Shown here one piece after another: positions 36,100-46,279 of a stretch of DNA of 64,000 nt. Under the pieces are notes generated by a model. The model did not search any database, was not told the DNA's origin, and saw nothing but the letters and a program-made list of their open reading frames with translations. The stretch's first letter is position 1, and every line of letters begins with the position of its first letter. The position numbers were made by a program, and so were the translations under genes. The stretch comes from Candidatus Micrarchaeota archaeon (GTDB lineage Archaea; Micrarchaeota; Micrarchaeia; Micrarchaeales; CABMGC01): contig JAJZKU010000003.1 of assembly GCA_021850705.1 (NCBI GenBank), forward strand, positions 1,987 through 65,986, given 5' to 3'.

Positions 36100-38253
36100 T
36101 TATCTATACATGCTCTCAGGTTCATCCTTGAACCTTGATATCCTGTCAGCAAGATCCTTGGGTATTGCAGGTTTTATCTCTTCCAGAGCCTTCTTGAAAT
36201 CTTCTGCCTTGACTATGTCGCGGTTAGCGCGTATCGCACTCATTCCTGCTTCCCTACACACGTTCTCTATTTCAGCTCCAGTGTAATTCTCAGTGACCTT
36301 TGCAAGCTCAATTATATCTATGCTCTTGTCAAGTGGCATCCTCTTTGTATGTATTGTAAATATCTGCTCCCTTGCCTTTTCATCAGGCATAGGTATATCT
36401 ATTATCTTGTCGAACCTTCCTGCACGCAATATTGCAGGATCTATTGCATCCGGCCTGTTTGTAGCTGCGAGGACTACTACATTCTTCAGCTCCTGCAGCC
36501 CATCCATCTCAGTAAGAAGCGTATCTACAACACGTTCGCTCACAAGCGAATCTCCAGAATCTCCGCCTCTGGGATGCGCAATAGAATCTATCTCATCAAT
36601 GAATATTATGCATGGTGCGGCAAGCCTGGCCTTCCTGAATATCTCTCTCAGAGTCTTTTCGCTCTCTCCCACATACTTGGAGAGTATCTCAGGACCTTTT
36701 ATCGATATGAAATTTGATTCCCTTTCAGTTGCTACTGCCTTTGCCAATAATGTCTTACCTGTTCCAGGAGGTCCTACAAGCAGAAGCCCCTTCACAGGTC
36801 GTATGCCCATGTCTTCGAAAGCCTTTGGATTCTTGAGAGGCAGTTCTATACTATCTCTAAGTTCATCCTTAACCTTCTCCAGCGCACCTACATCATTCCA
36901 GTGCACATTGGGTCTTTCCACAAATACCTCTCTCAGCGCACTTGGCTGTATGTTCTTCATCGCTTCGAGGAAGTCATCTCGTGACACCTTGAGATCCAGA
37001 AGTATCTCATTTGGAATTGACTGCTTGTCTGCAATCTTAGGCAATATGGTCCTTAGGGTTGCCATCGCAGCTTCTCTGACAAGCGCATTAAGGTCTGCTC
37101 CGGTATAACCATGCGTCTTGTTTGCGAGCTCATCTATATCAACATCTTTCATAGGCATGTTTCTCGTATGTATCTGCAGTATCTCCTTTCTTGCATTTCT
37201 TCCAGGAACGCCTATCTCTATCTCCCTGTCAAATCTTCCAGGCCTTCTCAATGCAGGATCTATTGCGTCAGGCCTGTTTGTAGCAGCAAGCACTATTACC
37301 TGTCCGCGCTGTCCAACTCCGTCCATGAGCGTGAGCATCTGGGAGACCATCCTTCGCTCGACTTCATTTGTTGATTCCTCCCTTCTTGGAGCTATCGCAT
37401 CTATCTCATCCATGAATATTATTGAAGGTGCTTTCTCATTTGCATTTTTGAATATCTCTCTCAGCTTCTCCTCGCTCTCTCCCACAAATTTCGATACGAG
37501 TTCAGGTCCGGATATGGATATGAAGTTTGCATCGCTCTCGTTTGCCACTGCCTTTGCAAGCAGTGTCTTTCCAGTGCCTGGAGAGCCGTAAAGAAGCACC
37601 CCTTTCGGAGGTTCTATTCCAAGCCTTTCGAAGAGTTCAGGATACCTTATCGGCAGTTCCACAAGCTCCCTTATCTTCTGCTTTGCGTCCTCAAGTCCTC
37701 CTATATCCTCGTAATGGACATTGCCTACCTTCACTATGGATTCAGATACGGGCTCCTCTTTTACAACAAGGTTGGTATCTCTTGTTATCTTTACTACTCC
37801 ATGGGGCACTACCTGCACCACTATGAAGTTGAAGACTATTCCGAACATTGGTATCGGTATGGAGTCCCCTTTCACAAGAGGCCTTCCATCGAGCCTTTTC
37901 TTTGCAAATTCTGGGAAATCAGGAGATAAAGGCATCTTCTGGCCTACAGGAGGCGCAAGAATAACCTTCTCAGCATCCTTTACCGCTGCCTTTGAAACAA
38001 ATATCTTGTCCCCTATTCCAACGCCAAGGTTCTGCCTTATGTAACCGTCTATTCTTATGAAGCCAAGCCCTTCGTCGCTCGGATGAGATTGCCATGTAAT
38101 CGCAGCCGTAGACTTTTTCTTGCCCTTTATCTCAATTATGTCCCCAGAGAGGACGTCAAGCATCTTCCTTGATTTCGAATCTATCCTGGCTACGCTCCTC
38201 CCTGAATCGGTCACAAGCGCATCTGCCACAGTCAATTCTATGCCATCAGGCAT
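36100..38253 (-). CDS. cdc48: Cdc48/VAT AAA+ ATPase
   Basis: N domain plus two AAA modules (GSPGTGKT, GPPGTGKT), YEDIGGL, ALRRPGRFDREI. Confidence 0.97.
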   Translation of the reverse strand: MPDGIELTVADALVTDSGRSVARIDSKSRKMLDVLSGDIIEIKGKKKSTAAITWQSHPSDEGLGFIRIDGYIRQNLGVGIGDKIFVSKAAVKDAEKVILAPPVGQKMPLSPDFPEFAKKRLDGRPLVKGDSIPIPMFGIVFNFIVVQVVPHGVVKITRDTNLVVKEEPVSESIVKVGNVHYEDIGGLEDAKQKIRELVELPIRYPELFERLGIEPPKGVLLYGSPGTGKTLLAKAVANESDANFISISGPELVSKFVGESEEKLREIFKNANEKAPSIIFMDEIDAIAPRREESTNEVERRMVSQMLTLMDGVGQRGQVIVLAATNRPDAIDPALRRPGRFDREIEIGVPGRNARKEILQIHTRNMPMKDVDIDELANKTHGYTGADLNALVREAAMATLRTILPKIADKQSIPNEILLDLKVSRDDFLEAMKNIQPSALREVFVERPNVHWNDVGALEKVKDELRDSIELPLKNPKAFEDMGIRPVKGLLLVGPPGTGKTLLAKAVATERESNFISIKGPEILSKYVGESEKTLREIFRKARLAAPCIIFIDEIDSIAHPRGGDSGDSLVSERVVDTLLTEMDGLQELKNVVVLAATNRPDAIDPAILRAGRFDKIIDIPMPDEKAREQIFTIHTKRMPLDKSIDIIELAKVTENYTGAEIENVCREAGMSAIRANRDIVKAEDFKKALEEIKPAIPKDLADRISRFKDEPESMYR

Positions 38254-38365
38254 CTATATCACCTAAGAAAAGAGTTAATTTTCCCGTTGGTATTTATACC
38301 ATTAGATTGTATACTAAAAGTTATAAAACCTTTTATAAAGCGTCAGACGCTGCAGGCCAATTCCC

Positions 38366-39550
38366 CTAATTCCCTGCCTTGCTTGCTTTTTTAGCCTTTA
38401 TCAGCTCTACAGTATAAGAATTCAGTCTTACGGAACGCACTCCAACATCCTGCTCTCCTGTATTCCAATCGCTATTGCCGCTTACTGCAAGTGGCACAAA
38501 GCTGCCTGCCTCTTTCTCATACATGCTGAAAGCTCCGGTTATCTCCTCCGCATGGAAGTAAGCTCCACCCCCTACGCCTGCTATAACAAGTCCGGTATCC
38601 TTTAGCTTACCGAATTCAATTTTTGCACTTTTTAATCCCTTTATCCTGTATGATACTGTATCAAACTTTACCTCTTTATTCCAGTCAAGTACATTGCCAT
38701 TAACCGGCACTATCCCGAAATTGATATATGCGATATCCTGTTTTTCTATAACCCTTATGTCAACTGCAAACCTGATCCTGTTTGACGTACGCGTATCTCC
38801 TCCACGTATGCCCCATCTATCACCCTCCTTGTATACCTGATAATCGGAATAAATATAGGTTGGTATTGCCCCTTCAGAATCTGTAAGGATGCCTCTGCCA
38901 CTCATCCCGTTCAATCTCAGTTTGTCAAAGTCTTTCTGCGTAAGTTTCTTCCCTTCTTCCGCCTTTACATCAAGCTTGAGGCTGTCCTTAAATATCTCCG
39001 ATATGCTCCCGTACGTGTATGATGGTCTTTCCGATCCTTTGTCTCCATGTATGAATATCTGAACTCCGTTCTGCACCCAGATCCAGCTGCTTCCTCCTCC
39101 ACTGCTTACCAGATGCACATATGTATTTAATTGGACAGAAGCGCCATTTGCCGTTCTCCCCCCATCAAGCATCTCAGAAGAACTACCCTTTAACTTGTTT
39201 ATGTTTACTACTCCTACAATCTCATTTGTAGGCAAACCCTTTGTTACGCTCTCGCCTCTGGCAGAATATGCTGCATCGCTCCTCATAAGTTTGTCAAGAG
39301 CTGCAATATCCTGTTTGTTGTATCCTGATTCGTGTAATGGCTGCCCTGCAAATGCGACCGGTGAGATTGCCATATATACTGCTGCTGCAGCTCCAGCAAG
39401 ATTCAACAGCTTCCTATGTTTAAGTCTATCCGAGGTTCTTCCCACATGAGATATAAAATCCTGTGCGCTTTTTATCTCAATTGTCGCGGTCTTCTCGTCC
39501 TTCCCTGTTTCTTTATTCTCACCAGGATTCCTGGACTTATGCCCAACCAT
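38366..39550 (-). CDS. Thermopsin-like (peptidase A5) exported protein
   Basis: GASVQLN..WIWVQNG, LVIAGVGGG, NTGE motifs; delayed signal segment KLLNLAGAAAAVYMAISPVAFA. Confidence 0.6.
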   Translation of the reverse strand: MVGHKSRNPGENKETGKDEKTATIEIKSAQDFISHVGRTSDRLKHRKLLNLAGAAAAVYMAISPVAFAGQPLHESGYNKQDIAALDKLMRSDAAYSARGESVTKGLPTNEIVGVVNINKLKGSSSEMLDGGRTANGASVQLNTYVHLVSSGGGSSWIWVQNGVQIFIHGDKGSERPSYTYGSISEIFKDSLKLDVKAEEGKKLTQKDFDKLRLNGMSGRGILTDSEGAIPTYIYSDYQVYKEGDRWGIRGGDTRTSNRIRFAVDIRVIEKQDIAYINFGIVPVNGNVLDWNKEVKFDTVSYRIKGLKSAKIEFGKLKDTGLVIAGVGGGAYFHAEEITGAFSMYEKEAGSFVPLAVSGNSDWNTGEQDVGVRSVRLNSYTVELIKAKKASKAGN

Positions 39551-39566
39551 CAACCCACTATAATAT

Positions 39567-41186
39567 CTATGCATTCTGTTGTTCTACAGCCTCATTGGCA
39601 AATGTCAAAGGCGCATTGGCATCATCAAGCTCTTCTCTTTGAACTAATCTTCCTCCTTCCCACATTAACTGTACTCCTATTGCAGCAAGTTGTGTTATAA
39701 CAAGTTCGGACATGTCAGCATAATCTTTTTCATATTCCTTCATAGTAGCCTTGTTATTCTGATTAAGTCGCTTCATTATCTCTTCATAATCATCACTAAT
39801 CTGTTTAACTATTCTCTGGCTATCATTTCCTTCCTCAAAGAATAGTACATTTGCACCAAGCCTCTCATAAATGGGTTTTCCTGAAGAATCCCTGATATCA
39901 TAAAGATCCCTACGTATATCTCTTATCTCATGCATGAACATAGGTACTTTGCTAACCTGGAGCTCCTTCTCTTCTCCGAGTTCAGCTATCCTTTTGTTGG
40001 AATACGCTCCTGCACTACTTATCGTCTTTACAAGTGCATCTATTGACTTCTCATGAGATTCACGTGCTTCCTTATCATAAGGGAATGTCCTACTGAGATT
40101 ATCCTTCATCTCCATGAGCAGATCTTTATAGGCGCCTATCTCTATGAAAAGTTTTATGTTGGCATCTGAAACATTTACAAGATCTTCTGCTGTAATCTGA
40201 TCCTTTTTCTTATCATCTATATCATTCAAGATTCGACTGATCTCATTCATCCTCTTGTTTATATTTGCTTCTATGATACTACGCTGCTTTATCATCTTTT
40301 CAGGACTGTCAAGCTTTTCCAACTCCAGTATTAGTGGCTGTTCGTCTTCAGGTTTGTGCTTAGCTCTGTTGACATTTCCATTAATGCCATCTTCTCTGTT
40401 GCTATTCTTCTCTGCGCTTGCTTCACGCTTTTCAGAGCGTACCTCCTTTTCTTCCTTTTGTTTATCCAATTTCTCCTCCTTTGGCTTCTGAGAGTCATAA
40501 TGCCTATTAACTGTTTCTGTATATGGGGAACCTGGTCTGAGCTTTGACCTTTCATTTTGCTGGTAATGACTATTGGCGTGAGTATTTAGTTTCTCTGCTA
40601 ATTCCTCTATAATTGCAGCCCTTCTTATAATCTTAAGATCTTTTGCCATCTGAAGCTCAGCCTCCTTTTCATCACCAGTTGTCTTCTTTACAGAACTCTT
40701 CTTAACAGGTGTACTAAAATCACGTATTGCAGTCTCAAGTGCGTAAGACGCTGTGTCAGGGGCAGAATCAGCCAATTTTTTAAGATCCGAAGTGAGTTTT
40801 GCCACTCTCTTCACTGCCGCTTCGTATGACTGCCCCTTTTCCTTTTTAATAAATTCAGTAAGTGCCTCTTTAAGTTTGTCTGCAGGCATCCCAGAGAGCT
40901 TTTCCAAGCCACTATTAAATTTATCCTCGATGCCTACCCTTTCCTTAACACTAAGCTCACCCTTTCGGCTTGCATCGCTAACTTGTTTCTGGAGTTCCTT
41001 TACCATCTCTTCGTAATAGTCGTGCCTTGCAGAAGTAGTGCCATCCTTTGACACTCCTTTTTTGGAAAAGTTGCTGCCATCCATATGCTGTATAGAACGT
41101 GATGCATTGGTGAAATCATTAAGCAGTGTAGATGCGCCTACTTTTTTATCTGTGCTTTTACCTGAACTTTTGTACGTAGTAACCAT
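39567..41186 (-). CDS. Highly charged helical hypothetical protein
   Basis: 539-aa ORF, K/E-rich; GTGA SD and TTTAAATA box upstream. Confidence 0.75.
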   Translation of the reverse strand: MVTTYKSSGKSTDKKVGASTLLNDFTNASRSIQHMDGSNFSKKGVSKDGTTSARHDYYEEMVKELQKQVSDASRKGELSVKERVGIEDKFNSGLEKLSGMPADKLKEALTEFIKKEKGQSYEAAVKRVAKLTSDLKKLADSAPDTASYALETAIRDFSTPVKKSSVKKTTGDEKEAELQMAKDLKIIRRAAIIEELAEKLNTHANSHYQQNERSKLRPGSPYTETVNRHYDSQKPKEEKLDKQKEEKEVRSEKREASAEKNSNREDGINGNVNRAKHKPEDEQPLILELEKLDSPEKMIKQRSIIEANINKRMNEISRILNDIDDKKKDQITAEDLVNVSDANIKLFIEIGAYKDLLMEMKDNLSRTFPYDKEARESHEKSIDALVKTISSAGAYSNKRIAELGEEKELQVSKVPMFMHEIRDIRRDLYDIRDSSGKPIYERLGANVLFFEEGNDSQRIVKQISDDYEEIMKRLNQNNKATMKEYEKDYADMSELVITQLAAIGVQLMWEGGRLVQREELDDANAPLTFANEAVEQQNA

Positions 41187-41287
41187 AATATCACATTAAA
41201 ATAATTTACATTTTTCTCGTATTTAAATATATCTACATCTGAACATGGGCATGCTGCCTTAATTTATAAATACTTGTATTATTGAAT

Positions 41288-41422
41288 CTAAAATGCAATA
41301 TCTACAAGCGTGTTATTTCTGTTAAATGGATTATTTCTCTTAAAAGAAGCAGAGGCCCTATCACTATTAGCCTTAGTACTGCCATTCATTCTATTTTCTA
41401 TAATTTCCATTGCAGTTGCCAT
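41288..41422 (-). CDS. 44-aa hypothetical microprotein
   Basis: MATAMEIIENRMNGSTKANSDRASASFKRNNPFNRNNTLVDIAF; GGTGAAGG SD and TTTAAATA upstream. Confidence 0.4.
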   Translation of the reverse strand: MATAMEIIENRMNGSTKANSDRASASFKRNNPFNRNNTLVDIAF

Positions 41423-41479
41423 AATCCTTCACCATTTTATAATCATATTTTTCATATTTAAAGATACATATACAGTCCA

Positions 41480-41986
41480 TTAGCTGACGCTTAAACAACG
41501 GATCTGAGAGCCAATGGTCCTAAGCTTTCCTGCATTGCCAACAGTGTAAAGATAATCTCTAGGTTTCTGTTTGGTTATGTCTGCACGTAGTACTAGGCAG
41601 GCTTTACCATCAAAGTATGTGTTGCTTGCAAGAGCAACTCCCTTACCTGGCAAGAGAACAGATCTCTCTGGAGGAGAGAGCATTACAAACTCGTCCCACG
41701 ATATCCTATAAACCTGGCCTCCTTTTGGATTGAGTCTTATATACTCCATGCGCTCAATTCCTATCTGTGATGTCAATGCCCACCCTTGGCTATACATCAT
41801 ACTCCTAAAGGCAGCATCGTTTACATAACAAAAACTTATCTGTTCTGGAGTGGCAAGTTGACAGCCTCTTTCACGCAACAACTCCTTTAATATCTCTATC
41901 TTTACAGGCATGACCTTCTCGGTAGACCTGAATACTTGCTGATGTATACGCTCCATTTCCTTCTTATTACTAATCATATCTACCAC
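41480..41986 (-). CDS. Orphan paralogue family member (CLec/FGE-like motif)
   Basis: GCQLATPEQ..YVNDAAFRSMM. Confidence 0.7.
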   Translation of the reverse strand: MVDMISNKKEMERIHQQVFRSTEKVMPVKIEILKELLRERGCQLATPEQISFCYVNDAAFRSMMYSQGWALTSQIGIERMEYIRLNPKGGQVYRISWDEFVMLSPPERSVLLPGKGVALASNTYFDGKACLVLRADITKQKPRDYLYTVGNAGKLRTIGSQIRCLSVS

Positions 41987-41997
41987 AATAAGTTTAC

Positions 41998-42501
41998 CTA
42001 TCGTTTTGCATCTTTGATATCTTCATTTACTCTATTGTTGTTAAGCGGTACATATGCGGCACGTGCAATATACAATTCATTTCCAGAAGGACAGGCAATG
42101 CCTCCAAATTTGACACACATATGCTTCGCATAATTCCTAAAAACTGTCAATCTACTCTTTGCAGGTATGTCATGCCGCATTTTTCGATTTACATGTTCTA
42201 ATGTCCCATTTTCTATCCTATAATACCAATATACATTTTCAGGATAGTATCCCTGTCCCTTACATACAAGAATCCACCCGTCATATGGGTTTATGCTATT
42301 GCAATAGCCGGTTAGCCTACTCTTTAATCCCGGATTATCACTGTATTGTTGTACAAGTTCATCAAGCGTTGCAATTCTTGAATCTTCGGGTATGCGTGGC
42401 GATATCTCTCTGCCTAAAAGAGAGGTATACCTCTCTGAAAGCATGGCCTTAGGGACCACTATTACGTCCTCATTCTGCCGCATTCCCAGTTTATGTCTCA
42501 T
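41998..42501 (-). CDS. Orphan paralogue family member
   Basis: PEDSRIATLDE..YSDNPGLKSRL ... RAAYVP. Confidence 0.7.
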   Translation of the reverse strand: MRHKLGMRQNEDVIVVPKAMLSERYTSLLGREISPRIPEDSRIATLDELVQQYSDNPGLKSRLTGYCNSINPYDGWILVCKGQGYYPENVYWYYRIENGTLEHVNRKMRHDIPAKSRLTVFRNYAKHMCVKFGGIACPSGNELYIARAAYVPLNNNRVNEDIKDAKR

Positions 42502-42511
42502 GTCTAGTTAC

Positions 42512-43036
42512 CTATGTCCTAACCATTGTCCTTAATGTTTCTGCTAGCCTAAAATTGCTCTTTTCAATAGCTCTTACGTATGCGATATGGACTTTTCCGA
42601 AATAAGTGACCGAATACGGTGAGATAAAAAGGCTCTCAGCCAGACCATAAACATTGCTATCCTTATATCCCTTTTTTGATGTATCCATATTCACATAAGC
42701 GACCATGTAATTTCCATCTCCCTTATACACTAGCCCACGCTTCGCAGGATCATGTACCCAATAATCTGTAATATCCATATAGCGAAATCCCCCATCGTTT
42801 ATCTCTACAGTTCCAGATCTGCTGAACTCACCCTTGTTAACAATCAGCGTAGGGCCTGCTTTAATTAACATATCCCTGAAAGACTTGCTGGTTCCATAAG
42901 CCTTCAGAAACTCTCCTGATGTTGCAAGTGAACAACCTTCAGGTACAAGGCGCCATGCTTCGGAAGGTCCAGTCGACCTCCTTGATATACATACTTCAAA
43001 AACCGTTTTTTGCTGTTTTTGCATAGTTGCGTTCAT
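42512..43036 (-). CDS. Orphan paralogue family member
   Basis: PEGCSLATSGE..YGTSKSFRDML ... HIAYVR. Confidence 0.7.
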   Translation of the reverse strand: MNATMQKQQKTVFEVCISRRSTGPSEAWRLVPEGCSLATSGEFLKAYGTSKSFRDMLIKAGPTLIVNKGEFSRSGTVEINDGGFRYMDITDYWVHDPAKRGLVYKGDGNYMVAYVNMDTSKKGYKDSNVYGLAESLFISPYSVTYFGKVHIAYVRAIEKSNFRLAETLRTMVRT

Positions 43037-43066
43037 GATATATTCACCATTCTATAATAATGCAGA

Positions 43067-43372
43067 TTACTTTTTAGGAAAAGGCAAATCAGTCCTGACG
43101 ACGGCTTTAAATATGACTGAGCACTTCTTATCAACAAAAAAGCCCTCTCCATCTGAGGTATCGAAATGCGTTCCTTTCAACTCCTCCTTGAGCTTTGGAT
43201 AAAGCGAAATGACCTTCTCAGCTTCGTCTCTGCTGAGCATTCTGAGACCGGCACTGTCAAATACCTTATTAACTTCCCTTATATCTGATACGTTTATTGT
43301 CGGGGCTATCACTACTCTGCTATCTCCTATTCGTACTTCTTTGTACTCCATTATTTTTGTTATCATTGTCAA
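43067..43372 (-). CDS. Short orphan paralogue family member
   Basis: AGLRMLSRDE..YPKLKEELKG. Confidence 0.6.
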   Translation of the reverse strand: MTMITKIMEYKEVRIGDSRVVIAPTINVSDIREVNKVFDSAGLRMLSRDEAEKVISLYPKLKEELKGTHFDTSDGEGFFVDKKCSVIFKAVVRTDLPFPKK

Positions 43373-43619
43373 CTACCTGTTGTTTTAAAGTTGCCACAAT
43401 CAAGACTTAGTACGTATAAATAAGTAAAAGCTGTGAACGTCCTGATTTATAAAGCTAACTATCAGGCACAGCCTAACTTGCCACATACTGATAAATGATT
43501 ATAATAAAATTATACATAGTGCCAGGCAGAGCCGATAGCATAAGATTTTTAATAATGTTCCTTCATACTTACTGGTAGTATTAGGTTCTATTTTTAGATC
43601 CAATAATAGAGTGCTTAGA

Positions 43620-43772
43620 ATGGGAAAGTTTCCAATAGCAGACGCGCAGCTATCCAAGACATGGATATGCAGAAAGTGCAAAGGCAGGAACAAGGCTGGC
43701 GTAGAGAAATGCAAAAGATGCGGCTACAAGTACCTGCGCCCCAAGAGAAAGGAAAAGAGAGTAAAGAAGTGA
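43620..43772 (+). CDS. rpl40e: 50S ribosomal protein eL40 (absent from ORF track, 50 aa)
   Basis: MGKFPIADAQLSKTWICRKCKGRN..KCKRCGYKYLRPKRKE. Confidence 0.93.
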   Translation: MGKFPIADAQLSKTWICRKCKGRNKAGVEKCKRCGYKYLRPKRKEKRVKK

Positions 43773-43789
43773 TGTTTTTCTGAGTTGAG

Positions 43790-44017
43790 ATGATGGTAGA
43801 TTTAAACCCTATAGAGAACCTTGTCGTTCAATCCATGAAGGAGATAGGAGCAACGAGTGAGGAAAAGAAGAAGACAGCTGATGATATAGCAAAGAAATGC
43901 AACAGGCCAAAGAGCATGGTAAACAATGCGCTGGTATCCCTTGCAGGCAAGGGTGTGGTAAAGCGTGTTGTAAGGGAGAAGGCATCTGGATATTATGTAA
44001 TGCCTGGAACAGCGTAA
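43790..44017 (+). CDS. Small winged-helix protein (TrmB/Lrs14-like)
   Basis: KTADDIAKKCNRPKSMVNNALVSLAGKGVVKR..GYY. Confidence 0.8.
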   Translation: MMVDLNPIENLVVQSMKEIGATSEEKKKTADDIAKKCNRPKSMVNNALVSLAGKGVVKRVVREKASGYYVMPGTA

Positions 44018-44021
44018 CAGC

Positions 44022-44915
44022 ATGGCCGGCACTGATTCTATAGAATTCTTTGCAAACTATAATGGCTGGATAGAGAGCCGCAGCATGAATATCTCAGATT
44101 CTACAAAACCATCAGAGATAGCGCATGAGCTTGCTACAATAAGGGAAGCGGTGGACAGAAAGGCATTTGAGATACTTGGCATAGATACCAAGTCGCTTGA
44201 TTCTTATTCTGAAAAGTTCTCAAAACAAGCTTCTAAAAAAGACTATAATTCTCTTCCAATAATATACAAATCATTAGGGTCGACAGATGCCGATTCTGAG
44301 ATAACCAAAGCTTCGAAGGGAAGGGAGGAGCTGAAGCCATTCGCGAAAGTTTATCTCCTAAGAGCTGCTGCAAAGAAGCTTGAGCTTGATTGGTATGTAT
44401 CTGCTGAAAACAAGGCAATAGCTTGCAAATCAAAAGCCAATACTGGCGAAAAGCCACCTTATACTGGTGTGGCACTGATGGCAAAGTACAAGGACTGGAT
44501 CTCCATAAAGAAGCTGTCAATAGACAAGGAGACAAAGCCAGAGGAGGTTGCAGCACAGCTTACATCAATAAGAATGGCAGTTGACAGGAAGCTGCCTCAG
44601 ATAATGGGGATAAATGCCGAAGAGCTTGATATTTATGCTGCCGATTCTACAAACAACATGAGAAAGAGCGTAGCAAACATAGAGAAGATAGTGGCTATTC
44701 TCTGCAGCAGCGACACAAAGAAGACAATAGATGCTGCGATACCTTCTGAATCAGTAAGAGGCATAGCTGTCATATACCTATTTGGCAGGATGCTGCAGAA
44801 CATAAAGGTTGACTTAGAAGTAAGCCCTGATACTCTGGAGAGCATGTTCCCCGGTCTGAAGATACCTAAGCCGAAGGGAAGGATGCCTGGGCAGAAAAAG
44901 AAGCAGAATAAGTGA
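44022..44915 (+). CDS. DUF2666-like protein with internally duplicated domain
   Basis: Two repeats (ANYNGW..TKPSEIA..AVDRK / AKYKDW..TKPEEVA..AVDRK); C-terminal FPGLKIPKPKGR. Confidence 0.7.
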   Translation: MAGTDSIEFFANYNGWIESRSMNISDSTKPSEIAHELATIREAVDRKAFEILGIDTKSLDSYSEKFSKQASKKDYNSLPIIYKSLGSTDADSEITKASKGREELKPFAKVYLLRAAAKKLELDWYVSAENKAIACKSKANTGEKPPYTGVALMAKYKDWISIKKLSIDKETKPEEVAAQLTSIRMAVDRKLPQIMGINAEELDIYAADSTNNMRKSVANIEKIVAILCSSDTKKTIDAAIPSESVRGIAVIYLFGRMLQNIKVDLEVSPDTLESMFPGLKIPKPKGRMPGQKKKQNK

Positions 44916-44963
44916 ATAAGCAAGGTATATAGATTATCCATGTTTTTAATAATACTGAATCAA

Positions 44964-45036
44964 GGGGAGTTAGGCTAGCTTGGTAGGCTTCAAGCTTTGG
45001 GAGCTTGCGACCCGTGTTCAAATCACGGACTCCCCA
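44964..45036 (+). tRNA. tRNA-Pro(TGG)
   Basis: Acceptor GGGGAGT/ACTCCCC, anticodon arm CAAGC-ttTGGga-GCTTG, T-loop TTCAAAT; CCA not encoded. Confidence 0.95.
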
Positions 45037-45175
45037 TTCTAGTGAGCATTAGTCTGCTTTCTGAGAAGTTATAAGGTTATATATAAGTACTTAAAAGGTC
45101 TCCCTGTTTTTGTCATCAGTTATGGAAAAATACTGTAATGGGGTATACAAATTTATTGAACAAAGTGTTTTTTGT

Positions 45176-45580
45176 ATGATAATAGAAAAATCTGTCGGTG
45201 CGATAGTTGTTAATCCAGCTGGGCTCTATTTACTATTAAACAGAGCTGATAAAAATGGTGATTTATGGGAGTTTCCAAAAGGTCACCAATTAGAAGATGA
45301 AAATGACATAGAAACGCTTAGGCGTGAACTTAAAGAAGAAACAGGTATCGAAAAATTTGAGCTTATAGAAAATTTTGTAGGAAAAAACGAATATGTCAGT
45401 AGTTCTACTGGAAATACGCGCATAATACTCTTGTACCTTATAAAAGTACCAAACTATAAGGTAATTATTAGCAAAGAGCACAAAGATCATATTTGGGCAA
45501 CATTTGATGATGCATTAACAAAGCTTAATCATGACACATGGAGAAAAATCCTAACTAGTGCTAAGAAGCGTTTGGATTAA
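45176..45580 (+). CDS. NUDIX hydrolase (Ap4A hydrolase-like)
   Basis: WEFPKGH..E..ETLRRELKEETG, ISKEH. Confidence 0.9.
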   Translation: MIIEKSVGAIVVNPAGLYLLLNRADKNGDLWEFPKGHQLEDENDIETLRRELKEETGIEKFELIENFVGKNEYVSSSTGNTRIILLYLIKVPNYKVIISKEHKDHIWATFDDALTKLNHDTWRKILTSAKKRLD

Positions 45581-45599
45581 TCTCTAATATGTTGATGCT

Positions 45600-46214
45600 C
45601 TATCTGGCCTTGCTTAACAGCCTGTCTAATTTAGCATTATTCCTAGAAACTAGTTTTTTGTAGTCAATTCCATTCAGTTTGTAGTACTCTTCGTCTGAAA
45701 CTGCAATGCTTGGAACAATTTTTCCTATTATCTTGAGCTTATCATATGTGTTTCTGACCTTTTTCTCCGTAGGTCCTTCTATCTCAAGCTGGTATGGTAA
45801 ATATGGCCATTTATCTATCGTAATTGTCACATCTCCAGATTCATAGATATCTCTTTTTGTAACCATATAGCTGCGGGAAGAATCTGGCATTATCCTTTCT
45901 AGCATCTTTACTGTAGTTGCAAAATCGCTTACCTCTACTTCGTATTCATATCTTTTCTTTATTCCTGTACCTTTCTGCTCCTTTAGCGTTAGTGTGGTCT
46001 TCTTTCCATCGGTTCTCACACGTATCCATGAGGTGTGATACACATCATTGACAGTACTCGAAGTATAATCCTTGATCCGGCCTGATCTTGTTCCTTGGAA
46101 AGTAACCCGCTGAAGTACAAAATGGCCTTTGAATCTTGCATTAACCGCTTCCAATCTTTTCTTTGCTTCATTCCTGTTTATATCTACAATCTTAAGTTCT
46201 ATCTCCTTTGCCAT
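45600..46214 (-). CDS. CYTH/triphosphate tunnel metalloenzyme
   Basis: EIELK, WIRVR, TLTLK, EYEVEV, KRDIY, LEIEG. Confidence 0.88.
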   Translation of the reverse strand: MAKEIELKIVDINRNEAKKRLEAVNARFKGHFVLQRVTFQGTRSGRIKDYTSSTVNDVYHTSWIRVRTDGKKTTLTLKEQKGTGIKKRYEYEVEVSDFATTVKMLERIMPDSSRSYMVTKRDIYESGDVTITIDKWPYLPYQLEIEGPTEKKVRNTYDKLKIIGKIVPSIAVSDEEYYKLNGIDYKKLVSRNNAKLDRLLSKAR

Positions 46215-46279
46215 GTTATAACATAAGCATATACTAGCTTATCTTTTTATATCTCTACCAAAGCAAAACCGATGAGTTA

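Noticed and set aside
43499-43714. 71-aa minus-strand ORF
   Set aside because: Overlaps the genuine rpl40e on the plus strand
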